The notes below the pieces were generated by a model. That model was not told the DNA's origin. It ran no database searches and saw nothing but the letters and a program-made list of their open reading frames with translations. A DNA stretch of 64,000 bases, from assembly GCA_013150955.1 (NCBI GenBank), contig JAADJD010000038.1, positions 92,057 through 156,056 of the forward strand, in the 5' to 3' direction. This document shows, one piece after another, positions 7,865 through 18,600 of the stretch. This stretch comes from Calditrichota bacterium (GTDB lineage: Bacteria > Calditrichota > Calditrichia > RBG-13-44-9 > J042). Position 1 is the stretch's first letter; each line of letters begins with the position of its first letter. Both the position numbers and the translations under genes were made by a program.

Positions 7865-10624
7865 TCAGCGATTTTCCTCTTTATCCTGTTGTTCTACATT
7901 ATCATCGGCAACGACATCATTTCCAATAACTTCTTCATCGATTTTGTCCCTTTCGGGCTCATTTCCGTCGGAGTCGGTCACCGGTGTTTCCACCGGTTTT
8001 TCCTCATCCTGCGCATTTTCTTCCGTCAACTGTGCCTTGCGCCTTTCCTCTTCTTCGGAAATTTGCTCCGCAGTGATCAATCGCTTTCCACTCACGGAAA
8101 TAATTTTCTCTTTCGATCGTTTGCCGGCACCTGCACTGGGAATGTAATGATAGGTGGTTTCAAACATATCTTCGCTACGGAACCCAACCATGACCTCGCC
8201 ATCCAGCGTCAACAGCGGGGTACCCGGCGGTTTCAACCGCTGCTTACCGCCCCGCTTCACAAATTGAATCCGCTGCTGCTTGGTGTTCAATTTTGCCCGT
8301 TTTAATTCCTCGTAAATCAATTTCGGCGGTACCTTGGTATAGCCGTATTTCTCTGTATTCAACATGTCACTGATCTTTTTTGGGCCAAATTCAGGATGCT
8401 GCCGGATAATATCATATATTTTGGTCTTTATTTCAATACTTAAATGCTTCAACCCCAGATTAGTATAGCCGTGCAACATTTCCCGCAAATAGGTGTAGCC
8501 GCCCTTCTCGTAAATTTTCTTGTAACGGTAATAGGTCGATGGGGAGATTCCCAGTTCCCGACAGGCTTCCACCAGTGTTTTTCCGTTGGTTCCCTTTTTC
8601 CGCTCAAACAATTCCTTGAACAGATTTACTTTGATATCCACCGCTTCCATATTTTCTTTGATGGCCACCAGGGTGATGTCGTCATTCTGCTCATACCCGC
8701 CGGTAAAATTCAAAATCTCGTTCTTAATGCTTTTCACGAAGTCCACCACATCCAGGTGACCATACTTGCGAATGGCGGCCAGGAACCGTTCTTCCCCGAA
8801 GAGTTCCCGTTTGGCATTCATGGCTTCGGTAATTCCATCGGTGTAGAGCACCAGAATGTCGTCCGGATGCAGCCGAATTCGATCGGCCTGGATTTTTTCG
8901 GCAAACAGATTGATGTCCGGCAGGGTAATTCCCACCGGAAAGCCAGATGGATTCAAATAGTAGGTTTCCTTGGTCTTTCCGCGGAACAGGATCATGGGGT
9001 TATGCCCGGCACTGGCAAAGTAGACCATGCGTTCCCGGGAATCCAGGATGACATAGAACATGGTCACAAACATGCCCTTCTTAATATCCTCAGTCACAAA
9101 GGCGTTAACCCTGGTGAGCACGTCGGCTGGATTTTTATTCCCCCGCGCTTCCAGCCGCAGGGCGGTGCGGATCATGGTCATCACCAGGGAACCGGGAACG
9201 CCTTTTCCGGACACATCAGCCACACAAATGCCGATGCTCTGATCGTCCACCTCCACAAAATCAAACAGATCCCCACCCACTTCTTTGGCGGCCTGATAGT
9301 AGGACGCAATGTCGTATCCGATGACTTCCGGGAAGTCATCCGGCAACAGCATTTGTTGAATTTCCTGGGCCACCTGCAATTCCTTTTGCAGGCGCTGTTG
9401 CTCCACCAGATTGATCTGCGCTTCCCGGAACTTGCTGGTCATCTCATTAAAGGCCTGGGCAATCTCGCCCAGCTCGTCACTGGCGTCAATGTCAATCTCG
9501 TCTTCATCCACCGTACCTTCACCCACCTGACGCACCCACTCGGCCAATTTGTGGAAAGGTTCGGTAATCAGGCTAATGAGCAGGAAGAGGCCAATATAGC
9601 CAGCCACCAGAAAGAGTAAGAGATACAGGATCAGGTTGCGCCGGGCAATGGCAATCTGTTTCAGAATGTATGCCTCTTCCACCCACAGCTGGTAGTACCC
9701 CGCTGGCTCGTCTTCTAGTCCCGCCAGAGCAATGGGGGCCACGAAATAGAAAATGGCCGAATCCCCCACCGCGCGCCGATAGACTTCCACATTCTCCATT
9801 CGGGTGACCAGCTGGGCATGTTTCCAGTCCACTTTCTGGCGGATCATCTCCACCTGAATGGGATACACCGCCACCACCTGCGAATCCCGATCGGTGATTA
9901 CGGCCATGCGGATCATTTCGGGCTTGCTTTCCTTGACCGATTTGGCATTCTGGAACAGAGGAATATCGGTACCCCCTTCCAGCGCCACCGTCAGTGGCTC
10001 GTAGGAGATTTCCGCCAGATTTTGAACCATGGAACTGGCCTGGGAAAAGGTCAATTCGTAAATGTCGGTATTCAAACGGGCGTTAAACACAAAGAAGGCA
10101 ATGATGATGATGATGGTCAAACCCACCGAGCCGACCAGGGAGAATTTGGTGCGCAGGGTAAGCGAATCCCAGATGTCCAGCAACCGGGTTTTTTCCACTT
10201 CATCGCGCACCTTGGTGAGGCGCAATTCGTTGCCCCGGCTGGTTACATTGTAACGGATGTCGTCCATCAACTTGCGCATCATGAAGATGCCCAGACCGCC
10301 CTTTTTCCCGATCTGGACGTATTTCTGGAGATCGGGATTTTTCACCTGCCGGGGGTCAAAACTGATGCCCTGATCGATGATCACCATGGTCAGGCTGCGG
10401 CGGCGGATGATGGCCCGGATGGTGATCTTGCCATCCTTAATATCGCGATAACCGTGGCGGATGATGTTCGTGCAGGCTTCGTCGACAACCAGTTTAAAGG
10501 AATTGATAATCTTATCGGGGAACTTGTACTTTTTGCCAATGAACTCGATAAAATCCCGCACCTCGCGCAGATAACTCATCTGGGCGGGGATCTGAATTTC
10601 TTCTTTAGAAACGTTCTTAAACAT
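7865..10624 (-). CDS. Membrane protein: RsbW-type Ser kinase + TM/periplasmic domain/TM + HAMP + SpoIIE/PP2C phosphatase + HTH modules (919 aa)
   Basis: VDEACTNIIRHGY, IIDQG, GGLGIFMMRKLMD (HATPase); DELGEIAQAFNEM (HAMP); VGGDLFD, VADVSGKG, SAGHNP, YTDGITEA, NDDITLV (PP2C); EACRELGISPSTYYRY (HTH). Confidence 0.92.
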   Translation of the reverse strand: MFKNVSKEEIQIPAQMSYLREVRDFIEFIGKKYKFPDKIINSFKLVVDEACTNIIRHGYRDIKDGKITIRAIIRRRSLTMVIIDQGISFDPRQVKNPDLQKYVQIGKKGGLGIFMMRKLMDDIRYNVTSRGNELRLTKVRDEVEKTRLLDIWDSLTLRTKFSLVGSVGLTIIIIIAFFVFNARLNTDIYELTFSQASSMVQNLAEISYEPLTVALEGGTDIPLFQNAKSVKESKPEMIRMAVITDRDSQVVAVYPIQVEMIRQKVDWKHAQLVTRMENVEVYRRAVGDSAIFYFVAPIALAGLEDEPAGYYQLWVEEAYILKQIAIARRNLILYLLLFLVAGYIGLFLLISLITEPFHKLAEWVRQVGEGTVDEDEIDIDASDELGEIAQAFNEMTSKFREAQINLVEQQRLQKELQVAQEIQQMLLPDDFPEVIGYDIASYYQAAKEVGGDLFDFVEVDDQSIGICVADVSGKGVPGSLVMTMIRTALRLEARGNKNPADVLTRVNAFVTEDIKKGMFVTMFYVILDSRERMVYFASAGHNPMILFRGKTKETYYLNPSGFPVGITLPDINLFAEKIQADRIRLHPDDILVLYTDGITEAMNAKRELFGEERFLAAIRKYGHLDVVDFVKSIKNEILNFTGGYEQNDDITLVAIKENMEAVDIKVNLFKELFERKKGTNGKTLVEACRELGISPSTYYRYKKIYEKGGYTYLREMLHGYTNLGLKHLSIEIKTKIYDIIRQHPEFGPKKISDMLNTEKYGYTKVPPKLIYEELKRAKLNTKQQRIQFVKRGGKQRLKPPGTPLLTLDGEVMVGFRSEDMFETTYHYIPSAGAGKRSKEKIISVSGKRLITAEQISEEEERRKAQLTEENAQDEEKPVETPVTDSDGNEPERDKIDEEVIGNDVVADDNVEQQDKEENR

Positions 10625-10694
10625 TTTCGTCCACTATTTCAAATTCCTGCAAAATACAGCAAAAAAATCAATTTCAAAATACTTTTAACGTAAT

Positions 10695-12599
10695 TTAATT
10701 CTCTTTAGTTCTTTTAAGCAAATCTTCGGCTTTTTTTATGGCTTCCTGAATCTTCTGGTTGTATGGATATTTCCTGGCCAGCTCTCGCCACACCTCCAGT
10801 GCTTCCTGATAGCGTCCGGTCAGGAACAACTCGGTTCCCACAATATACTGCTTCTCGGCCTGCGGATCGAGCTCCTCTTCGCCTTCCCCCAGACCGCGTC
10901 GGGCGCGTTCCATGTACTGACGCAGCACTTCGTTGGCCGGATCCAGATTGAGCGCTTCCTGAAACAGTGCCAGGGCCTCCTGATACCGTCCCTGATCATA
11001 CAACTGCAGCGCCTGTTGCACATACTGTTGCACTTTCACCCGATTGGCCAGCGCATCCACTTCTCGTTTCAACTGAGGATCATCCGGGGACAGCACCAGC
11101 GCCTCGCTCAAGATGCGCAATGCTTCCGAAAGATTGCGATTCTGAAATTCCCGCCGGGCCTGGGTCACCAGACGACGCACTTCCTGGTTCAACCGACGTT
11201 TGGTGGTCTGAATGGCCTGAAGAATAATCGGGTCATCGGGAGACCGTTCCAGTGCCAGATTAAAGGCGATTAACGCTTCGTTAAATCGCTTCTGCTGCAG
11301 GTACAACTGCCCTTTTTCGAACTGCAATTCCACAAAGCGCTTGTTTTCCTTGGCCAGCTCTTTGTCTACCGCCTGGGCGATGAGCTGTTCCTGGCGAGCC
11401 TGCAGCTCGCGCTGGATCAACGTATTGGCGCTATCCAGCATGATCTTGGCCGTCTTGTTAAACGGATCTTCTGAAATGACCATCTGAAATTCGGTAGCGG
11501 CATCAAAGTACTTTTGCTGTTCAAACAATTCCTTTCCTTTGGCCAGATGCTCGGCAATGAAGCGTTGCCGTTCTTCCTCCTTGGTACGCTCCACCAATTC
11601 TTTTTCCCGCCGCCGACGTTCTTCTTCGGCCAGGCGAATCAATTCCTCGCGGGTCTTGCCCAGATTAAACGTGATAGAGAATCGATGGGTGGGCGGCCAA
11701 TCCCCCTGATAACTCAGGTTCCCGAAGGAATAATCGATCTGGACAAAAGAATAGCGCACCCCGGCGCCAAAGGCCAGATTGTTGCGATCGAACCCCACGC
11801 GAATGGTTCCCAGATCGCGGAAATTGTATTCGGTACCCATGTGAACGCGCATGGGCTCAAATTCGGACTTACTGAAATCCAGCAGCACATTCACTCGACC
11901 GCTGAGACCAACCGGGAAGGCCTTCAGGATGCCCAGCCGAAATTGTGCCGGTAGAACTTCCCGCTCCACCCCCAGCTTCAACTCCGGTTTTAGCAGATTC
12001 TGGTAATGAAACCCGATGGACAGATCCCGTAAGAAGCGATTGTCCCATCGCGGCTTGTACATGAGGCCCAGATCCAGACCGATGCCACTGGTGACCAGAT
12101 TCAAAAAGGTAAATTCCTGACGATCGATTTTGAATGTAATTCCTGTGGTAAGGTTAAAGGGCAGTTTCTTGGCGTAAGAAATGTAAAGCTCGCTATATTC
12201 GAAACGGGACACCCCTTCCTGAACGTTGAATTGATTGACCACCGGGATATCCCCCACCCCGATGCGGGCATACCCAACGCCAACCGTTCCGAATTGCAGC
12301 GTGGGATAGACAAATCCCAGGAAGTCGTACACGGCGCCTTCATAAAGGGGCGCATGCAGCAGGGAGATGGTCAGGCGCGGTACAAATTCCAGTCCCGCGG
12401 GATTCCAGAACACCGCGGCCGGGTCATCCGCCAGGGCCACGTACGCCCGACCCAATCCCAGCGCCCGCGCACTGGCACCGATGTTCATTAAACTGGTGGT
12501 GCCGGCACTGCCCTCCTGGGCCTGTATTGGCGGCACGGCTCCTGCAAGAACAACCAGCATGGCCAGTGCAAAAATGAGTGTCTTTGCCCGGTGTTTCAT
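10695..12599 (-). CDS. PorV/PorQ-family outer-membrane barrel with C-terminal coiled coil and TPR repeats (634 aa)
   Basis: Signal peptide, GASARALGLGRAYVALADDPAAVFWNPAGL, amphipathic strands ending HRFSITFNLG, then about 320 aa of TPR-like helices. Confidence 0.85.
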   Translation of the reverse strand: MKHRAKTLIFALAMLVVLAGAVPPIQAQEGSAGTTSLMNIGASARALGLGRAYVALADDPAAVFWNPAGLEFVPRLTISLLHAPLYEGAVYDFLGFVYPTLQFGTVGVGYARIGVGDIPVVNQFNVQEGVSRFEYSELYISYAKKLPFNLTTGITFKIDRQEFTFLNLVTSGIGLDLGLMYKPRWDNRFLRDLSIGFHYQNLLKPELKLGVEREVLPAQFRLGILKAFPVGLSGRVNVLLDFSKSEFEPMRVHMGTEYNFRDLGTIRVGFDRNNLAFGAGVRYSFVQIDYSFGNLSYQGDWPPTHRFSITFNLGKTREELIRLAEEERRRREKELVERTKEEERQRFIAEHLAKGKELFEQQKYFDAATEFQMVISEDPFNKTAKIMLDSANTLIQRELQARQEQLIAQAVDKELAKENKRFVELQFEKGQLYLQQKRFNEALIAFNLALERSPDDPIILQAIQTTKRRLNQEVRRLVTQARREFQNRNLSEALRILSEALVLSPDDPQLKREVDALANRVKVQQYVQQALQLYDQGRYQEALALFQEALNLDPANEVLRQYMERARRGLGEGEEELDPQAEKQYIVGTELFLTGRYQEALEVWRELARKYPYNQKIQEAIKKAEDLLKRTKEN

Positions 12600-12611
12600 A
12601 TGTGTCGATCT

Positions 12612-15600
12612 CTATTTTATAAATGCGACCTTGGTCTTAAACATTTTGGTTTCCCCGTTCTGGTATTTCACCCGAAGCACCGCCAGGTAAACGCCATTCA
12701 ACACGCGGTAACCCCGTTCGTTGCGACCATCCCAGACGATCTTTCCGTCGTACAATCCTTTCTGCAATCCTTTTTCCTCTTTCTTCCACACCAGCTCTCC
12801 CAACAGCGTGTAAATCCGCAATTCCACATCGGCGGGACTTTCCAGGTAAAAGACGAATTTGGTGTATTCATCCCGCAACCCGAAGGGATTGGGATAATTA
12901 CCAAAACTCTTCTTGGGATCCGAAGGCACCACGGAAATCGATTGCGATTGCAGCTTGTTGTTCAACGTATCGATCGGATTGCCAATGGAATCGGTCACCT
13001 CCACGCTGTAGAAATCGCCGGCAAATTTCTGAAAGGCCACCACGCCGTCCAGTCCCACATGAAAATTCCGGTTGGGTGCATTCTGCGCAATGTCGAACAA
13101 CACCACCAGCTCGTGTTTTTCGCCGGGTAGTAGAACGTCCTGGTTCACGTTAAAAGGAACCGATGCCGGATTGGCTGTTGTATCCGTAACCGGCACATCG
13201 GCAAAGATGTCCGGGATCTGTCCAGCGGCTTTCTTTTTCAACAATTCGCGATAGTATTTCAAGCTGACCACCTTAATCCGCGAGATCATGTTGACCAGAT
13301 CGGCGTAGGGACGATTGCCTTCAGCAGGATTCCTCAGCGAGATGAGCACCTTCTTCACGTACAGCGTGTCGTCGATCTGCGGATTGCTCATGGAAAATCC
13401 GAGTACCGCTACATCTTTCTGTCCCTGCACGTAATTGGATTCGGGAATGATGTCCTCCAGTTTTTCTACGATCAACCGCTTGGGGATCATGTTCACATCA
13501 ATGACCACCCGATTGCTGTCCGGGTGCACATCGACCGGTGCATTGGTATTGGCATCCTGCGGCAACTGACCGAACGTAATGTTCATCAATGTGTTTATGT
13601 TGGAATCGGGGGCCATGAGCTTCCAGGTAATTCGGGTATCTTTATTTGCACCCAGGGAGAAAGACTTCTCGGATGTTTCGCCGGGGGCGAGCAAAATTCC
13701 ATTCAATTCAATGCGGACGCTGCCGCTGCCACTCACCGGCGCCTCGCCCGTGTTTACCACCCGCACGGACACATCAAACCGCTGCTTTTGCGACAGTCGA
13801 TACGCCCGCTGCACCCCTTCCAGTCGTAATACGGCGCGCCGCTGCACCTCGATGGGCAACATGTTGCTGGTCTGACTCAGGGCTTCGCCAGTGTTCTTTT
13901 CCACGGCGTAAGCCTGCAGGAAAAAGGGCGTCCCCTGGGTGGTTTTTAACACATCCATGACCTTAAAGACTTTAGAGCGCGCTTCGGCCATCACCGGCTT
14001 CATTTTTTCGAATCCCAGAATGCGGAGTGCATCATCTCCGGTTCTCTTGCCAAACTTTCGTGGCGGCAATTTTCCGGCGGTTGAAGATTTCCCCGTTTTT
14101 CCGGGCTTTGTGGGTTTCTGTCTGGGTTCTGGCCCTTCGTTAACAAATTTTTTACGGGGCGATTGTGCCACCATCGCCGCGGGTACGCCAGGGACGGCTC
14201 CGGAACCGGGCACAAAATCGGGTGCCAGAACGTCCCAGGTCACGGTGACCTGATCACCCCTGTCGGATACCACCTGCACACTATCGCCCAGAATGCGGAA
14301 GCCGGTGGCGGGATCAAACACCAGCGCAACCAGCCGATTTTCTGGAGCCACGCTGCCGCGAAATTCAACCTCGCCTTTCAGGCGGAAGGTTTGTCCGGTG
14401 GAAATGGTCGAATCCCTGGCCCCCTCCGGCCAATCGATGCTTAATTGGGTCACAATTAAACCGCGCTGCTCGATGACGTAAGCAAATCGCACGGTGTCGC
14501 TCACCCGTGCCACACGGGCATTTTCAAAATTGTTGTTTTCATCCCGTGCAAGGGAATCGGTGATGGCAACAATCAACGTATCGGCTCCCACGTTCGCGGT
14601 GGCCGAGACGGCTAAATGTGCCGCTCCCGAGCGGGTTTCCGGGTCAATGGCGATGTACTGCGTGGCCGGGGTGCCCAGCAGGGTCAGGCCCTGCCCCATT
14701 TGAACAATCTGCACCCGTACCGAATCGGGCACCACTCGCGCATCTCCCAGATTCCGCAACTCCACGGTCAGCAGACCGGTTTGTCCGGTGGACATCACCG
14801 TATCGCCGCTGACGCTGAGCTGCAACAACGCTTTTCGCACAACCCGAATGGGAATGCGCACCAGATTATTGACGATTGCAGCCGGTTCCAGGGTGTTCTC
14901 GTCGCGGGCCACTTCCTGGAGCTGCACCACGATGTTTTGCAAGGGCAACGGATTGTTTAACGTACGCAATGTGAGGGTGGTATCCTGAATCCCCAGTTGA
15001 ATGCTTAACGTATCCCCGGATCGATCGGCGAACTGAATGCCTGCCGGCAATTGAATGCGAATCCGGTTGCGCGAGGTGTCCAGAATACCGGCCTGCCCCA
15101 CATTCAGGGTTTGAATCTTCAACTGGAAGAGTTGATCGGTGGACAATTCTCCGTCCACCGCGCCTTCAGGGGCTGCAATGGCTGCCTGCAGCCGAATCCT
15201 GGCCCCATCCACCACGTTAACCACCAGCGTCTGCACATCGGTAATTTCTTCGAAGGTATTTTCATCCTTACCGCGATTGATAATCCGCAACGTGTCTGGC
15301 CCGCTGGGGGTTGCCGGGGTGTTGATGCGCCACACAACTTCCTGCACCACGCCCTGGGGTTCCACATCCACCCGCGTGCGACCTTCCACCGAGTAACCGG
15401 TGGGGACAATGACTTCCGCCACCCGGTCGCTGCGGGCAACCTGCCCCAGGAAGAAGATGGTGTTCTTCAACAGAAATTGCTGTCCGGTGGTCAATTCCCG
15501 ATCCACGGCCCCCACGGGGTCAATAATTTCCACAGTAGAGACTATCCGCGCAGAGGTATCTGTTCGCACCGGGATTTTCACCGTATCGATGGCCACACCG

Positions 15601-18600
15601 GCCGGCTGATTGGTGTTCACATCCAGCGGCAACTGACGCAGGTGCACCAGCAGGGTGTCGTTCAATCCCTGCGTTAAGTCCATGGCCTTCACCTTCCAGA
15701 ACCCGCTCCGGTTGGTTGGACTGATGGTCTGTACCGCATCGGGCGTTTCCGGGGTAAGCTGGTAGTTTGGCGGCAACACCAGCTCCACCTGTCCGGTCGA
15801 CCATTCACTTTCTCCTGTGGTGGAAATCCGGTAATCCACGGTAAATTCCTGCACCTGGGAGAGCGTGCTATCCGATGCCGTGGCCGAGAGCGTCAGCACC
15901 ACCGGCTGCTGGATAAACAGATTTTCCGTATTGTCTACCGGCTGTCCCACAAAAACCTGATTCCCGGTGATTCGGGAAAAGGCGCTGTCAATCGTCGCGC
16001 GGAACAGCTGCGTCTGGCTGACCGAATCGGCCCGAAACGTGTAAGTAAATTTGGTAATGCGATTGGGCAATAGCACAGGAATGGTATCGCGAATAAAGAT
16101 TTCTGCATCCTTGAAAATGGTCACATGCACCTGACTGAGGGTGTCATCACCCGAATTGGCCAGGTACAGCTCCAGCGCCACCGGCTGGCCATAATTAACA
16201 AAAGGCGGATTGGGCACCTGAGCCAGTTTCAACTGACTGACAAAGGCACTGGAAAACTGAATGATGCGTACCTGATCGGTGACGGCCCCACTGGTGAAAT
16301 TCCGCTCATCGTCTGGTTTGCGCAGGTCGTTGTATGCCCCATTCAGTCCGGCAAATGCCGGGCCCAGTGGAGCGGTATCCAGAATGTTGTATTTTCGGAT
16401 AAAGGTGACCTGTTCGCCCGGCAGAATCGTAAAAGGCAGGTTGTGCGAATTGAAGACAGTAATCCATTGATCCGTCATTTCCTGCCCGGCACTGTCCACA
16501 AACACACTATTCAGCTCATTCACCTGCGCCCCGGATGCCCCCTTGTTACTCAAATAGTAGCGCACTTCCACAAAACTCTGTCCGCGGGTCACCACCTGAG
16601 GAACGATGTCAATGGAATCCACCACCACCAGGGCTTCGGGCAAAACGGTCAACTGGTGTTGTCCGACCAGGGTATCCCCTTCAAAGGGTTGATCGTTGGG
16701 AAGCTTTCCGTGCATCACCACCTGAATGGGTAAAATGAGATTGGGAGCAAAATCGGGCGGCACCGTCTCGGTCACAAACGGCACCGTGTTTTCCCGTGGC
16801 GTCTGGGTTAGCGTCCCCCGAATGGTGATGTTCCCATCCACGTTGGCGCGGAAAACCCGAACGCCATCGGTGAATTCCAGATACGAACTGTCCGGATTCA
16901 CGATCAGATCGGTATTTCCACTGTTTTCAACGATTACCGAGAACGTGACCGTCTCACCAGGAACAATACTATCCGGTTCCAGGGATCCATTCTGATAACT
17001 GAGCAGCACACCGGATTTAATCAGGAAGGTATCCGGTAAAAGCGAGACCTTGGTCAGGGTACCGTTGTTGAAACTGATAATCGCCTTCACCGTTACCCGT
17101 CCCACACGGGCGTCATCGGGGACGTCAAACAACCACTGCAGCGTTTCGAAAGAACCTGGTGGCGTGGTATGCAGGGTATCCAGATTGTCCACCCGTCGAT
17201 TGGGTGCAAACAGAATCTCTCCGTTGTCCACATAACGGAAATCCAGCATGGTGCCCTGCTCATCGATCTTTAGCGGCGGGCCGGCGTTGGTAACGCGCAC
17301 AAACACGTCCACATTCTTTTGGCCGGGCACCACCTGATCCGGATTCACCTGCACATCGGTGATCGAAACATTGCCACCGATGTTGATCACCACCGTATTC
17401 AAATTCTCGGCGTAGGGAATTTCATTCGAGGTGCCTCGAATCCGGGTCACCGGCACGTACTCCCCGGTCTGGGAAAGCACCAGCGGCTGAAAGACCAGTA
17501 CCGTGGTTTCCGCCGGTGCCACGGTCATATCGGTGGCCAGAGGATCGATGTAGGTAATCATCGCCGGTTCGGAAGGGATTTCCAGATGCGTCTGATTATT
17601 CAGGTGCACGATGCTTCCGCCGGCATTCACCACGGTCACGGTGAATTGCACCGTGTCCCCATCGTCAAAAACGGTGTAGGGGCCCAGTTCCAGAAATTCA
17701 AAATCCGCGGGATTGACCACGGTTAAATAGGCCAGGGAGTCGGCCGTGGTGTTCAGCGAGGCCTCGGAATACACATCCTGAGCCGTCAGGCGCGTGCCCG
17801 CATAAATCAACGTATCCTGATAGGTGTCCAGCGAAATGCTATTGGGCACGTCCACCGAATAGGTCAAATCCACCGTATTGCCGCCGGCAACGGTCACCGG
17901 AAGCAACGGATTCTGCAGCGTCTGTGTGAAAGGATACGACACATAAAACTGCAGGGTATTGCTAAAAATCTCGGCTCCGGCTTCCCCGGTATTTCGGATG
18001 CGCACCACATATTGCACGTCTTCCTGGCCCACATGTGCCGTATCGGGGGCAATGGCAATGGATTCTACCACCAGACGGGCCTGCTGGACAACCTGCAGGT
18101 CGTCGCTGGTGCTGGCATCCTCAAACAGCAGTGCCTGCTGATCGTTTTCATCCCGGTAATGCACCCGCGCGGTGAACGTGTACCGATTGCTGGCCGCGGT
18201 GGGTTTTACCTCTATGCGATAGTTCAGGCTGCTGGAAGCTCCATTGGGAAGCGTCACCGGCAAACTGAATAATCGCACAATGTTAAAATTACTGGTGTCG
18301 AAAGCCACGTTATTGGCCAGAATTTCAATGGAATCGATGCGTGCAGTGGCGGTGGGATTGCCCTGCCCCTGATTCTTGATGGTAAAGGCCAGCAGCACGT
18401 TCGTCTGTCCCGTGCTGGCGGTGTCCTGATCCACCGCAAAGCTGGTGTAGGCAAGTACCGGACGCTGTTGCACCGTCCAGGACGCGGTGGTCTGCGCTGC
18501 CGGTGCCTGAACCCGACTTCCAGAGACGGCATTCCGCCCGGAAGCAGCCGCATCGATGACATCCGCACCCAGTGTGGCCGTGGTGGAAACATCCACATAC

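Noticed and set aside
8258-8595. IS481 insertion or transposase pseudogene inside the PP2C gene
   Set aside because: No DDE/rve core, no terminal repeats or frame disruption, and a related module recurs in frame in the next gene; treated as a domesticated domain.
8444-9619. Long plus-strand ORFs antisense to real genes (also 9818-10693, 27051-28052, 33423-34457, 34703-35578, 37175-38248, 44825-45703, 53442-54500, 58743-60005)
   Set aside because: Shadow ORFs opposite well-supported genes, with no recognisable motifs.
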